A stretch of 64,000 nt of DNA from Clostridiales bacterium (GCA_012735575.1 JAAYGY010000056.1:29360-93359); one strand, 5' to 3'. Counted from the stretch's first letter, positions 20,489-31,333 are shown. Translations and numbers: made by a program. Notes: generated by a model from the letters alone, not told the origin.

Positions 20489-21798
20489 CACACTATCCTC
20501 GACATCCATTTTAAAGTAGCATCCATGTCAAACTTATCTTCTACCAATTGCTGTAAAAACTCTTGAATAGCCGGTATTTTTTCTATAGCCTCATCTATGT
20601 TTGCATTACTACCGGGATTATATGCTCCTATATTTATTAAATCCTGAGACTCCCTATAGGTAGACATTAATGTTTTTATTAGACCAGCTCTTTGAAGGTG
20701 CTCCCTATCAACTAAATCTGGCATAACCCTACTTACACTTGCTAAGACATCGATAGCTGGATAGTGATTGCTGTTGGCCAGATCTCTGGACAAAACTATA
20801 TGCCCATCCAATATACCTCTTACAGTATCACTTATTGGTTCATTAAAATCATCACCTTCTACTAATACAGTATATAATCCAGTAATACTTCCTTTAGAGG
20901 AGTTTCCTGCCCGTTCTAACAGTTTAGGTAATTGTGCCAGAACCGACGGGGTATAGCCTCTGGCTACGGGCGGCTCACCAATAGCTAAACCTACTTCTCT
21001 CTGTGCCATAGCAAATCGGGTAAGAGAATCCATCATCAATAAGGTGTTCAGACCCTTTTCTCGAAAATATTCCGCTATAGCCGTTGCAACAAAGGGTGCC
21101 TTTACCCTGATCAGTGCTGGTTGATCAGATGTAGCTATAACTAGCACAGAACGTTTTAATCCTTCTTCCTTTAGATCCTTCTGAAGAAAATCTTTAACTT
21201 CTCTTCCTCGTTCACCAATTAAAGCTATAACATTGACATCTGCATTAGTGTTTCTAGCGACCATACCTAATAAGGTGCTTTTGCCTACGCCACTTCCAGC
21301 AAAGATACCTAGTCTTTGACCCTTGCCACAGGTCAACAGCCCATCAATAGCTTTTATTCCTAGAGTTATAGGTTCAGTAATCCGTTTCCTATCTAATGGA
21401 TTAGGAGGTGAATTATCAATTGGTACCCATTCAGGATTTAATATAGGGCCATTTCCATCCATAGGATTTCCTAGTCCATCTAACACCCTGCCAATTAGTT
21501 CATTCCCTACTGGTATTTTTAATGATTTATGAGTTGCTTCTACCAAGCTGCCAGGTCCAATCCCTTGTACATCGCCTAGTGGCATCAATAGTACCCTATT
21601 CTCCTTAAAACCTACTACTTCAGCCCTTATAGCATGGGTCCTACTATGGTTATAAAGCAAACATACTTCACCTAGCTGTACTGATGGACCTCGTGATTCT
21701 ATGGTAAGCCCTATTACCTGAGTCACCTGACCAGTATATGAAATACAATCTATATCATCTAGAACTTTGTGATACCTATCGAAGTTAATGGGTTCCAT
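20488..21798 (-). CDS. fliI: FliI flagellum-specific ATPase
   Basis: 436 aa; F1/T3SS ATPase family, Walker A GSGVGKST, Walker B LLMMDSLTR. Confidence 0.95.
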   Translation of the reverse strand: MEPINFDRYHKVLDDIDCISYTGQVTQVIGLTIESRGPSVQLGEVCLLYNHSRTHAIRAEVVGFKENRVLLMPLGDVQGIGPGSLVEATHKSLKIPVGNELIGRVLDGLGNPMDGNGPILNPEWVPIDNSPPNPLDRKRITEPITLGIKAIDGLLTCGKGQRLGIFAGSGVGKSTLLGMVARNTNADVNVIALIGERGREVKDFLQKDLKEEGLKRSVLVIATSDQPALIRVKAPFVATAIAEYFREKGLNTLLMMDSLTRFAMAQREVGLAIGEPPVARGYTPSVLAQLPKLLERAGNSSKGSITGLYTVLVEGDDFNEPISDTVRGILDGHIVLSRDLANSNHYPAIDVLASVSRVMPDLVDREHLQRAGLIKTLMSTYRESQDLINIGAYNPGSNANIDEAIEKIPAIQEFLQQLVEDKFDMDATLKWMSRIV

Positions 21799-21809
21799 TC
21801 AAGCGCCTC

Positions 21810-22604
21810 CTAATATAAAAGGGTGCTGTCTGCTAGCTCCAAAAGAGCTGATTCTATTTTCTCTATTTGACTATTTACACTAGCATCAATTATGCCATTA
21901 CCAGTATCTATAATACAACTTCCCTTATCTAAATAGGAATCCTCAATTATTTGGATATCATCTATCCCCTTTAATCTGGATAATAATACATCTTTATTCT
22001 TTAAAATATTGGAAAAATCCTCGCTGCTTACCTTAAGCTGTATTTTCCTCTGCCCATGAACTAGCTTTAGAGCATTGTACGCTAGTTCCATATAAGCCTC
22101 ATCATCTTTGTTCAAAGCATCGCCAATAATTTGCTTGGCGATATCTAAAGCCAACAACACCATGTTTTTTTCACTAACCTGGTAAAGCTTTTTGCTATCT
22201 TCTATATATTTTTTCTTTATCTGGTCTGCTTCTTCTATTAATACATCATACTGTGATCTGCCTTGCTTCTGTCCCTCCAAAAAACCTTGCTTATAGCCTT
22301 CATCATAGCCAACAGTATAACCCCGACTATGCCCCTCTTCTTTTGCTGTTTCTATTAATCTTGCTGCCTCCACCTGGGCATTCATCTCTATCTGCTTTGC
22401 CTTCTCATTAGCCTCAGCTATTATATCTTGTGCCTGTTGTTTGGACTTATTAATTAATTCCGTATATTCAGTGTTCATTTTTTGCTTATCATTGCTCACT
22501 TTATTGCTATGAGAATTCTGGGGATTGGGAGTATTAAAGACAATCTTTCTTTGACTGCCTATTATCACCCTATTGTTTTTAACAACATTAGACAACAATT
22601 TCAT
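21810..22604 (-). CDS. fliH: FliH flagellar export protein
   Basis: FliH-like charged coiled coil plus C-domain; start reassigned to ATG 22604 (MKLLSNVV) which has a GGAGGAGGGG RBS inside the fliG 3' end. Confidence 0.8.
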   Translation of the reverse strand: MKLLSNVVKNNRVIIGSQRKIVFNTPNPQNSHSNKVSNDKQKMNTEYTELINKSKQQAQDIIAEANEKAKQIEMNAQVEAARLIETAKEEGHSRGYTVGYDEGYKQGFLEGQKQGRSQYDVLIEEADQIKKKYIEDSKKLYQVSEKNMVLLALDIAKQIIGDALNKDDEAYMELAYNALKLVHGQRKIQLKVSSEDFSNILKNKDVLLSRLKGIDDIQIIEDSYLDKGSCIIDTGNGIIDASVNSQIEKIESALLELADSTLLY

Positions 22605-23601
22605 CCCCTCCTCCCCGTGAAACAACAATCTCGCCAGCATCTTCAAGTCTTCTTATAATATTGACTATCCTCTGTTGAGCATCTTCTACGTCTCTTAGTC
22701 TTACAGGTCCCATAAACTCCATATCTTCCTTTATCATCTCCTGCAGACGCTTGGACATATTGGAGAAGATAACGTTTGCTACCTCTTCACTAGTACTCTT
22801 TAATGCTAATGCCAAATCATTGTTGTCTACTTCACGAAGGAATCTTTGAACTGAACGATTATCGAGCTTAACAATATCCTCAAACACAAACATTCTCTTT
22901 TTTATCTCTTCAGCAAGCTCATCATCTCTCATTTCCAAAGTGTCCATAATGTGTTTCTCTGTACCTCTATCAACAGATAATAAAATGTCAACTATAGTTT
23001 CTATTCCACCTGCGGAAGTAAAATCCGAGGTTACCATGGAAGCAAGCTTTTTCTCTAGAATCCTTTCCACCTCTTTTATTATTTCAGGAGAAGTACTATC
23101 CATAGTGGCAATTCTAGAAGCTACATCGGCTTGTTTTTCTAGAGGCAGAGAGGATAGAATCGTAGCCGCCTGCTCAGGCCTTAGGTAAGATAAAATAAGA
23201 GCTATTGTTTGAGGATGTTCATTCTGGATAAAATTTAATAATTGTGAAGGATCAGCTTTTCTAGCAAAATCAAAAGGTCTTACCTGTAAAGATGAAGTTA
23301 ATTTGTTGATAAGTTCAACAGCTTTATGTTCCCCTAAAGCTTTAGCAAGAATCTCTTTAGCATATTCAATGCCACCTTCAGTAATGTAGTTTTGCGCAAG
23401 ACACATTTCATAAAACTCTTCTATAACACTATCTTTTATATCGCTATCAACTTTTCTCAAATTAGCAATCTCTAAAGTTAATTGCTCAATTTCTTCTTCT
23501 CTTAAATGCTTATAAATCTCCGAAGCTCTTTCAGTGCCTAAGGCTATTAGCAAAATGGCTGCCTTTTCCTTTCCAGTCAATCTTCCTGATCTTGTAGCCA
23601 T
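22588..23601 (-). CDS. fliG: FliG flagellar motor switch protein
   Basis: 337 aa; LTGKEKAAILLIALG N-terminus, ARM-like middle and C-terminal torque helix region (MFVFEDI, LALALK). Confidence 0.95.
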   Translation of the reverse strand: MATRSGRLTGKEKAAILLIALGTERASEIYKHLREEEIEQLTLEIANLRKVDSDIKDSVIEEFYEMCLAQNYITEGGIEYAKEILAKALGEHKAVELINKLTSSLQVRPFDFARKADPSQLLNFIQNEHPQTIALILSYLRPEQAATILSSLPLEKQADVASRIATMDSTSPEIIKEVERILEKKLASMVTSDFTSAGGIETIVDILLSVDRGTEKHIMDTLEMRDDELAEEIKKRMFVFEDIVKLDNRSVQRFLREVDNNDLALALKSTSEEVANVIFSNMSKRLQEMIKEDMEFMGPVRLRDVEDAQQRIVNIIRRLEDAGEIVVSRGGGDEIVV

Positions 23602-23628
23602 GCCTTCATCTCCTGCCTTTATAATATA

Positions 23629-25170
23629 CTAGTCTTCACTCAACCAGTTTCTCAATAATTGAGCAATCTCTTCAGGATGTTGATTGGCAAACTCGTCCAA
23701 TTGCCGCTTCATTCTATCCTGTTCAGTTTCTTCTATATCCATAAGATCAATTTCTTCTTCGGGAGTTTGGGCTTCTTCCAATAAGCTTTGTGCCATTATT
23801 GCTGCTTCTTCCTGAAGCCTTGCTTGTCTTCTCCGGTTAACATAGGCAATAATAACTATAACAAGAACTAAACCCCCGATTATTATCATAAGAGCAGTTG
23901 TGTTTATCCTTGGCCTCTCTCTTCGCAGTTCTTCAATTGCATCTATTAGGTCTTGTTGGGCATCTGTATTAAAGGCCCAGCTTTGTACTGCCACTCTATC
24001 CAATTCGGTACCCATTGCGGTAGCAACTAACTCTCTAACCCCTTCGATTGTTTGCTGATCCAATTCTTCATTATCTATGACTACAGCTATAGATAGCTGT
24101 TCTATGCTACCCTGTTCTTCTTCAATTTTTTCTTTTATTTCATTAACCTCATAGTTGATCATTCTATGATCCTTTTGGGAAGAAGAATCTTGATCACGAA
24201 GGCTTTCGGGATATTGGGTAGTATTATCTGTTTCTCCTGCTACACCGCCTGTGGTAATATTGTTTACTCTTTCTCTCAGGATCTCCTGGCTTACAATAAT
24301 ACCCGAGTCATCAAGCACAGGTTCAAAGGTTACAGATTCCGTTACTTTTTTATCAAAATTCAAACGGACACTAACGGAAGTTTTAACTTTACCATATCCA
24401 AATACTGGTTCCAACAAATCCTTTACTTCCTTTTTTATCCTATCCTCTAACTGCTCCTTCATTTGAAGTTGTTTGGATACCAATTGGGACTCTGTAACTT
24501 GCTCTTCATTTAAGATATTCATTTTGTGGTCTATTATGGATATATTTTCTTTTTTTAACCCTGGCACACTAGTTGCTATTAGTTGCTCTATACTTTTGGC
24601 CTGTTCACTGGTTATCTCATAACCCTTCTTTGGTAAAACAATTACAGATGCGGATACAGGGGTTTCCTTTTCTCTTAAAACAAATGAGTCCGATCTAGGC
24701 ATTGCTATAGTTACTACTGCATCCTCCACTCCTTCAAGAACGCGTATAGATTGCCCTAAACGTTCCTGAAGTTGAATAATCCATCTTTTTTGCATTTCAT
24801 CATCTGTCTGTCCAAAGCTGCTGCTTTCAAGATACAAATCATAATTGAATCCTGATTTAGGATAGCCTTCCATGGTCATCTGCATCCGAAGCTCAGCTTC
24901 ATCTTTTTTAGGGACAAGAATAGTAGTTCTACCTTCCATCTTTGGTTGAACATTCATTTCTTTTAGCTTGGTATATACTTCTGCAGCTTCTTGCTCGGTT
25001 AACCCGGAGTATAATACTACATATTCCTTTCTGTTCAACATAACTGATACCAGAACTATAGCTAATATTATTAACCCTACCATGAGCAACAAATATCTTC
25101 TTCTGCGCTTGTCCAAGCTATCCCAGTAATTATTCAGTTGTTGTTTAATTGACTCTAGTGCGTTTGTCAT
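23629..25170 (-). CDS. fliF: FliF MS-ring protein
   Basis: 513 aa; N-terminal and C-proximal TM helices flanking a YscJ/FliF periplasmic domain. Confidence 0.9.
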   Translation of the reverse strand: MTNALESIKQQLNNYWDSLDKRRRRYLLLMVGLIILAIVLVSVMLNRKEYVVLYSGLTEQEAAEVYTKLKEMNVQPKMEGRTTILVPKKDEAELRMQMTMEGYPKSGFNYDLYLESSSFGQTDDEMQKRWIIQLQERLGQSIRVLEGVEDAVVTIAMPRSDSFVLREKETPVSASVIVLPKKGYEITSEQAKSIEQLIATSVPGLKKENISIIDHKMNILNEEQVTESQLVSKQLQMKEQLEDRIKKEVKDLLEPVFGYGKVKTSVSVRLNFDKKVTESVTFEPVLDDSGIIVSQEILRERVNNITTGGVAGETDNTTQYPESLRDQDSSSQKDHRMINYEVNEIKEKIEEEQGSIEQLSIAVVIDNEELDQQTIEGVRELVATAMGTELDRVAVQSWAFNTDAQQDLIDAIEELRRERPRINTTALMIIIGGLVLVIVIIAYVNRRRQARLQEEAAIMAQSLLEEAQTPEEEIDLMDIEETEQDRMKRQLDEFANQHPEEIAQLLRNWLSED

Positions 25171-25224
25171 CCCATCCCTGCTTCCCTATACATCATCAAA
25201 TAGTAACAAAGCCTTAAAGGTTGA

Positions 25225-25518
25225 TTATATCTGCATTCTCATTATTTCCTGATAAGCATCCAGGATTTTATTACGAATTTGAAGTGTAAACTGCAATGCA
25301 ATGTCGGCTTTTTCCATATCAATCATAACATTTTCCAGACTGTCTATTTGACCAGATGCCAACAGATTATTGTTAATCTGATCTCTAACTCTTAAATCTT
25401 TAGTTTCTGACATAAGACTATATAAAATATCCTTAAAACCGTTGGATTTTTCTGTAGATTGTGTTTTATTGGTATTTAACAACGCCGAAGTGGTTTGGAC
25501 TAAGTTTTCAACCCTCAC
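25225..25518 (-). CDS. fliE: FliE hook-basal body protein
   Basis: 97 aa; C-terminal LQFTLQIRNKILDAYQEIMRMQI typical FliE ending. Confidence 0.9.
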   Translation of the reverse strand: MRVENLVQTTSALLNTNKTQSTEKSNGFKDILYSLMSETKDLRVRDQINNNLLASGQIDSLENVMIDMEKADIALQFTLQIRNKILDAYQEIMRMQI

Positions 25519-25531
25519 TTATATTCCCCCT

Positions 25532-25972
25532 CTATCTTCTTCCAATCTCCAATCCTTTAATAGCCATGCTCTTGGCAGCATTGAAAGCTGTAACATTAGC
25601 TTCATAGGATCTTGTAGCAGAGATCATGTCAACCATTTCTTTTAAACTATCTACATTGGGCATTAGAACATAGCCATCTTCATCAGCATCAGGGTGCCCA
25701 GGATCATGTATTCTTTTAAAGGGGGTAGGATCCTCAACTATTGCTGTAGCCTTTACACCTTTACCACTAAATGCATTGCGACTACGATCCAAATATTGCG
25801 AAAAAGGTACATTACTATTTGTATCCTCCTGTACATTTACTAGCCTACGCCGATAGGGGCCTCCATCTGCCGTTCTAGTGGTATTCATGTTCGCTACATT
25901 TTGGGCTATAACATCCATACGTAAACGTTGAACAGTCATTCCTGATGCACTTATTTGCATAGACTTAAACAT
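25532..25972 (-). CDS. flgC: FlgC proximal rod protein
   Basis: 146 aa; ISASGMTVQRLRMDVIAQNVANMNTTRT and C-terminal SYEANVTAFNAAKSM. Confidence 0.95.
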   Translation of the reverse strand: MFKSMQISASGMTVQRLRMDVIAQNVANMNTTRTADGGPYRRRLVNVQEDTNSNVPFSQYLDRSRNAFSGKGVKATAIVEDPTPFKRIHDPGHPDADEDGYVLMPNVDSLKEMVDMISATRSYEANVTAFNAAKSMAIKGLEIGRR

Positions 25973-25975
25973 AAA

Positions 25976-26389
25976 TTATCGTCTCCCCTCATTAATTACG
26001 CTCTTTAGCCTCTGTAATTCTCCGTTTAGCTTTTGCACTAAAGCATGATGCCTAATTGTATTAGTAGCCAATGCAGTCATTTCCGCATCAATATCTACGT
26101 TGTTTTCGTCCACTCGCCTTTTTGTAGAACCTACCTCATCTATCCTAGGGTGAATGTCATCAACTGTTGAAACATTTCCTATTTGAATATGTTTATCTCT
26201 TGTTCTTTTTCCATAAAATCCATATCCTGAAAGAGCATTGGCTAATTCCTCTTCAAAGGATACCTTCTTTTTTTTGTAGCCAGGGGTATCTACGTTAGCA
26301 ATATTATGAGAAATAATCTCATTTCTTTTCCAGGTTGCATCCAAGGCCTTTTCTAAAATCTTTGTTCCTGAAAATATTCTATTAATCAT
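25976..26389 (-). CDS. flgB: FlgB proximal rod protein
   Basis: 137 aa; RNEIISHNIANVDTPGYK rod N-terminal motif; first gene of operon. Confidence 0.95.
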   Translation of the reverse strand: MINRIFSGTKILEKALDATWKRNEIISHNIANVDTPGYKKKKVSFEEELANALSGYGFYGKRTRDKHIQIGNVSTVDDIHPRIDEVGSTKRRVDENNVDIDAEMTALATNTIRHHALVQKLNGELQRLKSVINEGRR

Positions 26390-26546
26390 AATAACAGCCC
26401 CTTAATATTCATATATATAACCTAAATAAACCCATATAAAAACATTTATCTATTATCTTCGATATAAGCAGTATTTCTCCTTCATAAACAGCAAATATTC
26501 TTTAGCAATTTGGACTAATTTGTTTTTATTTGTCGCACATAGAATA

Positions 26547-26575
26547 ATTATACATTATCAAGGTAGGATTTTCCA
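26547..26575 (-). promoter_or_regulatory. Candidate sigma-A promoter of the fla/che operon (extended -10)
   Basis: Minus strand TGGAAA-17 nt-TATAAT with TG immediately upstream of the -10 (TGTATAAT); lies just downstream of a terminator and about 155 nt upstream of flgB. Confidence 0.45.
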
Positions 26576-26589
26576 TAGTACTTTTTTCA

Positions 26590-26617
26590 TAAAAAAAGAA
26601 CTCCCTTTAGGAGTTCT
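26590..26617 (-). terminator. Rho-independent terminator after the DUF1292 gene
   Basis: Minus strand AGAACTCC-TAAAG-GGAGTTCT (8-bp stem) followed by TTTTTTT; stem overlaps the stop codon. Confidence 0.8.
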
Positions 26618-26900
26618 CACTGTCATCTTGTGATATAATTTCACTAAATACATCAAAAACCTCGTCCAATTCATTTTCATCTTCAATACTTACATATATA
26701 TCATCATCGTTTTCATCCTGCTCGACTCGAAGTATAACCACTTCGTCGCCAGTCAACTCTTCTGGATAGTCCTCATAAGTTTGTAGTGGTACTAATACTA
26801 CATACTCATTTTCCTTATAATCCAAGGTCATCAGATACTCAAAGGACAGGGTATTACCATCCTCATCAATCAGTTCTATTATATTGTTATGTTCTTCCAT
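26607..26900 (-). CDS. DUF1292 family protein (YrzB-like)
   Basis: 97 aa acidic protein, IELIDEDGNTLSFEYLMTLDYKENEYVVLVPL pattern; follows ruvX as yrzB does in Bacillus. Confidence 0.8.
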   Translation of the reverse strand: MEEHNNIIELIDEDGNTLSFEYLMTLDYKENEYVVLVPLQTYEDYPEELTGDEVVILRVEQDENDDDIYVSIEDENELDEVFDVFSEIISQDDSENS

Positions 26901-26904
26901 AATT

Positions 26905-27336
26905 TTACTCTCCTTTTTTTTGATTGTTTAAAAAATCTAAATAGCTTTGCAGTATAAAAACCGCTGCCATCTTATCTACTTTCCTTTTTCTTTTGGCTCT
27001 GCTAATATCAGCGTCTATCATAATACGGTTGGCTTGGACTGAGGTTAATCTTTCATCCCAGTATACAATCTCACCCTTATAGACTCCTGATTTCAAAAGT
27101 TGACCAAATTCCTTTACCTTATGGCCCTGGGGACCGACAGATCCATCCATGTTTTTTGGTAGGCCTAAAACAATAGTTTCAGGATTATACATTTCTATTA
27201 TTTTAGAAATTTGCTCCAAATCATATGTATTATTTTTTCGTTCCAGGGTTTCTAAACCTTGTGCTGTCCAGCCCATAACATCGCTAATGGCCATACCAAT
27301 TCGTCTATCCCCTACATCCATAGCCAAGATTCTCAA
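26905..27336 (-). CDS. ruvX: YqgF/RuvX putative pre-16S rRNA nuclease (Holliday junction resolvase-like)
   Basis: 143 aa; MRILAMDVGDRRIGMAISD N-terminus, WDERLTS motif. Confidence 0.9.
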   Translation of the reverse strand: MRILAMDVGDRRIGMAISDVMGWTAQGLETLERKNNTYDLEQISKIIEMYNPETIVLGLPKNMDGSVGPQGHKVKEFGQLLKSGVYKGEIVYWDERLTSVQANRIMIDADISRAKRKRKVDKMAAVFILQSYLDFLNNQKKGE

Positions 27337-27391
27337 AATAATGTTCCTCCTATTATAATTTGTGATTTAGAACTCTATTTTATACTTATTC

Positions 27392-28339
27392 TTATATAAC
27401 CTTTATAGCTAGTTCCTTGCATACTGAACCACAATAGCCGCACAGAATACATTTTTTTGCATCTACTTGACACCTATTATCTTTTCCTATACTTAAGGCT
27501 TTTTGTTTGCACCTATTTACACACCTTGCGCATCCAGTACACCAGTCCTGAATAAATAGTTTTCTATTGTAATGTAAAAGTGATTGTAAATCTTGCAGAG
27601 TAAGTTCTTTTCCGTTAAATATATTAACATTAACCTCAACCTCTTCAATCCTCTGCATTCCAACCGCTATGGAATGTAAGTAGGGAAATTTCAGGATATA
27701 ATCAAAAGCCTTTTGCAAATGAGGAATAAGATGGCCTCCTCCAAGAGATTTCATAGCATAAATACCTTTTCCATTATGCCAGGCTAAAGATATAGCCTGT
27801 TCCATTTCTTCCAAGGTTCCATCTACGATACCTATGCCTCTATAGTTAATTATGGGATGAATAACATCTATTTCTGGAATTACAGCAGCAGCCTTTACTC
27901 CCGCTATATGGTGAGTGGATATTCCAATTCCCCTAACCAACCCTTTTCCCTTACATTTATTAAGATATTCTATGGCCTCCCAATGTCCCTTCAATGTTAG
28001 ATGCCCTTCTTGTTCATGAAGCAGGAAAAAGTCAATATAATCTCTACCTGTTTCTTTTAGTGCTCTCATCAGGGTTTCTTCAGCTGTTTTGTTATCGTAA
28101 GCATAGGACTTACTGGCTACCACTAAATCTGGATAGTCTTTCAACACTTCCTTAATGTAGGGGTATGTTCCATACAGGTCAGCAGTATCTATGAAGTTGA
28201 CCCCTAGTTCAATAGCCTTCCTTATTATCCCTGCACCTTCCGTTATAGGAAGGTTTTTTTGCAGGGGCCCCAAGGTAAGTGAACCAAAACAAAGCTGAGA
28301 AACCTTGATTCCAGTATTACCTAGAGTGTTGTATATCAT
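27392..28339 (-). CDS. Aldo/keto reductase fused to a C-terminal 2x[4Fe-4S] ferredoxin domain
   Basis: 315 aa; AKR N-part (LGNTGIKVSQLCFG...NFIDTADLYG), C-terminal CTGCARCVNRC and CILCGYCGSVC CxxCxxCxxxC motifs. Confidence 0.8.
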   Translation of the reverse strand: MIYNTLGNTGIKVSQLCFGSLTLGPLQKNLPITEGAGIIRKAIELGVNFIDTADLYGTYPYIKEVLKDYPDLVVASKSYAYDNKTAEETLMRALKETGRDYIDFFLLHEQEGHLTLKGHWEAIEYLNKCKGKGLVRGIGISTHHIAGVKAAAVIPEIDVIHPIINYRGIGIVDGTLEEMEQAISLAWHNGKGIYAMKSLGGGHLIPHLQKAFDYILKFPYLHSIAVGMQRIEEVEVNVNIFNGKELTLQDLQSLLHYNRKLFIQDWCTGCARCVNRCKQKALSIGKDNRCQVDAKKCILCGYCGSVCKELAIKVI

Positions 28340-28366
28340 CTGCGAAATTTTGCCTTCCTTCTATTT

Positions 28367-28630
28367 CTACTCTTGATTTGAATTAACATAAAACAAAACT
28401 AACTCTTCCAACAATTCATCTCTCTCTAAACGACGAATTAAAGCTCTGGCATTTTTATGACTAGTAATGTAAGTAGGATCACCTGAAATAAGATATCCCA
28501 CTATCTGATTTACTGGATCATACCCCTTTTCCCGCAATGCTTCGTATACATTGAGTAAAATCTCTTTAGGTGTTTTGTCGTGCTCCTTCTCAATTCTAAA
28601 CATCATGGTTTCTTGTAAGTCTTTATTCAT
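28367..28630 (-). CDS. ireB: IreB/UPF0297 family regulatory phosphoprotein (YrzL-like)
   Basis: [56 protein letters not shown] is the UPF0297 core; start set to ATG 28630 (AGGTG 6 nt upstream). Confidence 0.85.
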   Translation of the reverse strand: MNKDLQETMMFRIEKEHDKTPKEILLNVYEALREKGYDPVNQIVGYLISGDPTYITSHKNARALIRRLERDELLEELVLFYVNSNQE

Positions 28631-28684
28631 AGGATGCACCTACTCCCCTCATATTATTGTTTTTGCTTGATCAAGCCATTGTAT

Positions 28685-31333
28685 TTATTTATTCATACCC
28701 AATTGTTGTTCAAGCAAAACTTTGACCTTTTCCAGAGCCTGTGAAATCTTAGAGGGATCCTTTCCCCCTGCTTGTGCCATATCAGGCCGACCGCCGCCTC
28801 CTCCTCCAGTTTCTTTTGCTATTTCTCTTATAAGGTTACCTGAGTGAACCCCTCTGTTAACAAGATCCTTTGTTGCAGCTGCTACTAGATTTACCTTTTG
28901 CTGATTTTCTGAAGCTAATACTACCACTCCGGACTTAAGTTTGTTTCTTAGAATGTCGGCTATTTCACGTAAGCTGTTCATATCTTGGTTATCTATTTTA
29001 GCGGTGATATAATTTACATCACCTACGCTTTGCTTGCTATTGACTAGCTCTTCAATAGTACCTTGGGCTATCTGTCTTTTCAGCTGTTGAATTTCCTGTT
29101 CATATTCTTTTACCTGTTGTACTAAACCCTCAGCCTTTTGAACAAGTCCGTTGGGATTTGTTTTTAGGGTATCTGAGACATTATGCAAAAGTTCATTTAG
29201 CTCTTTTAACCATTGATGAGCACCAAATCCAGTGACTGCTTCGATTCTTCTTACCCCTGCTGCTATTCCAGTTTCACTTATAATCTTAAATAATCCTGCT
29301 TGTCCTGTATTAGACAGATGGGTTCCCCCACATAGCTCAGTGCTAAAGTCTCCCATTTTTACTACTCTGACAACATCTCCATATTTTTCACCAAATAAGG
29401 CTATAGCACCTAATTTCTTAGCCTCATCATAGGTTGTCTCTATGGTTTCTACAGGCAGTCCTTCCATAATCTTTTCATTGACTATTTCCTCAATTCTCTC
29501 TATTTCCTCGGAGGTTAAGGGTGCAAAATGAGAAAAGTCAAAACGCAGCCTAGTTGGAGTAACCAAAGAACCCGCCTGTTCTACGTGAGGTCCCAGAACA
29601 GCTTTTAGAGCCTTGTGTAATAAATGGGTGGTAGAATGATTGCGTGCAGTTGCCATTCTAGCATTCTTATCTACTTTTGCTTCAACCTCATCATTAATAC
29701 TAATTTCTCCAGAAACAACTTTGCCTTTATGAATAATATGGGATCCAAACACCTTAGATACATCTTCAATTTCTACTTTTGCTGTGTCGCTTTCTACTAC
29801 ACCCCTATCTCCAACTTGTCCTCCACTCTCAGCATAGAAAGGAGTTTGATCCAATACTAACAGTACTTGATCTCCTTCATATGCGGATTGGACCTTTTGA
29901 TTATCCTTAATTATGTTTAGAATCCGGCTTCTGGTTTCCAAAGTTTCGTATCCTTTAAACTCAGTGACATCATTCGCATTTATAAGTTTATAGGTTGGGT
30001 CATCAGCACCCATATAGTCTGTTTCCTGTCGTGCTGCCCTAGCGCGCTCACGCTGTATTTTCATTTGTTCATTAAATCCATCTTCATCAACTGATAAACC
30101 TTCTTCTTCCAATATCTCTTTAGTTAGATCTAGGGGAAAACCATAGGTATCATATAGCCTAAATGCCTTTTGACCATCTAAAACCTTGCTGCTTTCTTTC
30201 TTTAAATCATGAATATAGTCTTTAAGTATATCTAATCCCTGATCTATTGTCTCATCAAATCGTTTTTCTTCTATTTCAATTATTTTTACTATATATTCTT
30301 CTTTATCCTTTAATTCAGGATACGCCTCTTTTGACTCCCTAATTACTACCTTAGCAATCTGAGTCAAGAATATGTCTTTAATACCCAGCAGTTTTCCATG
30401 ACGTGCAGCTCTTCTTAGTATCCTTCTAAGAACATAACCTCTTCCTTCGTTTGAAGGCAAGATACCATCAGAAATCATAAACACAGTTCCCCTAATGTGA
30501 TCGGTTATGACCCGTAAGGAGATATCTGTGCTCTCCTTATCGCCGTATTCTACTCCTGAAATTTTACTAATCTCTGCCATTATATTCTTAATAGTATCTA
30601 CCTCAAACAGAGTATTTACACCCTGCATTATAGCAGCAATTCTCTCCAATCCCATACCAGTATCAATACTGGGGTGTTCCAATGGATGATAATTTCCATC
30701 TTCATCCTTATTAAATTGGGTAAATACTAAATTCCAAAATTCTACATACCTATCGCAGTCGCAACCTATAGCACAGTCTTCGTGGCCACATCCATGCTCT
30801 GGACCACGATCAAAAAATATTTCAGAGCTGGGCCCACATGGTCCTACACCAATCTCCCAAAAATTATCCTCTTTGCCCATACGTACGACTCTATCAGAAT
30901 CTAATCCAATATCCTTTGTCCATATCTCAAAAGCTTCATCATCCTCATGATATATGGTAACCCATAATCTATCTAGGGGGAGTTTTAGTACCTGGGTCAC
31001 ATATTCCCAACCCCATTCTATAGCTTCTTTCTTAAAATAGTCCCCAAAAGAGAAATTGCCTAGCATCTCAAAGAAAGTCCCATGCCTAGCTGTTTTACCC
31101 ACCCTTTCTATATCTGGGGTTCGAATACATTTTTGGCATGTGGCATCTCTTTTTCTAGGAGGGGTTTCCTGTCCTGTAAAGTATGGCTTTAATGGTGCCA
31201 TACCTGAGTTTATTAATAATAAGCTTTTATCCGACTCTGGTATTAAAGAGAAGCTTGGAAGAATCAAATGCCCTTTTCCTTCAAAAAATTTCAAGAAACT
31301 TTCTCGCAACTGATTTAGTCCCATTTTTTCCAT
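28685..31333 (-). CDS. alaS: Alanyl-tRNA synthetase
   Basis: About 882 aa; class II AlaRS core, editing-domain HxxxH (HSTTHLLH) and C-terminal DHHA1-like domain with [14 protein letters not shown]; start ATG 31333 (GGAGG 8 nt upstream). Confidence 0.95.
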   Translation of the reverse strand: MEKMGLNQLRESFLKFFEGKGHLILPSFSLIPESDKSLLLINSGMAPLKPYFTGQETPPRKRDATCQKCIRTPDIERVGKTARHGTFFEMLGNFSFGDYFKKEAIEWGWEYVTQVLKLPLDRLWVTIYHEDDEAFEIWTKDIGLDSDRVVRMGKEDNFWEIGVGPCGPSSEIFFDRGPEHGCGHEDCAIGCDCDRYVEFWNLVFTQFNKDEDGNYHPLEHPSIDTGMGLERIAAIMQGVNTLFEVDTIKNIMAEISKISGVEYGDKESTDISLRVITDHIRGTVFMISDGILPSNEGRGYVLRRILRRAARHGKLLGIKDIFLTQIAKVVIRESKEAYPELKDKEEYIVKIIEIEEKRFDETIDQGLDILKDYIHDLKKESSKVLDGQKAFRLYDTYGFPLDLTKEILEEEGLSVDEDGFNEQMKIQRERARAARQETDYMGADDPTYKLINANDVTEFKGYETLETRSRILNIIKDNQKVQSAYEGDQVLLVLDQTPFYAESGGQVGDRGVVESDTAKVEIEDVSKVFGSHIIHKGKVVSGEISINDEVEAKVDKNARMATARNHSTTHLLHKALKAVLGPHVEQAGSLVTPTRLRFDFSHFAPLTSEEIERIEEIVNEKIMEGLPVETIETTYDEAKKLGAIALFGEKYGDVVRVVKMGDFSTELCGGTHLSNTGQAGLFKIISETGIAAGVRRIEAVTGFGAHQWLKELNELLHNVSDTLKTNPNGLVQKAEGLVQQVKEYEQEIQQLKRQIAQGTIEELVNSKQSVGDVNYITAKIDNQDMNSLREIADILRNKLKSGVVVLASENQQKVNLVAAATKDLVNRGVHSGNLIREIAKETGGGGGGRPDMAQAGGKDPSKISQALEKVKVLLEQQLGMNK

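Noticed and set aside
26390-26606. Possible c-di-GMP riboswitch, invertible flagellar switch or sigma-D promoter upstream of flgB (as known in C. difficile and B. subtilis)
   Set aside because: The leader of about 155 nt shows no GEMM-I-like conserved GC-rich helices and no flanking inverted repeats of an invertible element. The best sigma-D -10-like match (GCTTATAT) has no TAAA -35 at 15-16 nt. Only a sigma-A extended -10 promoter is supported.
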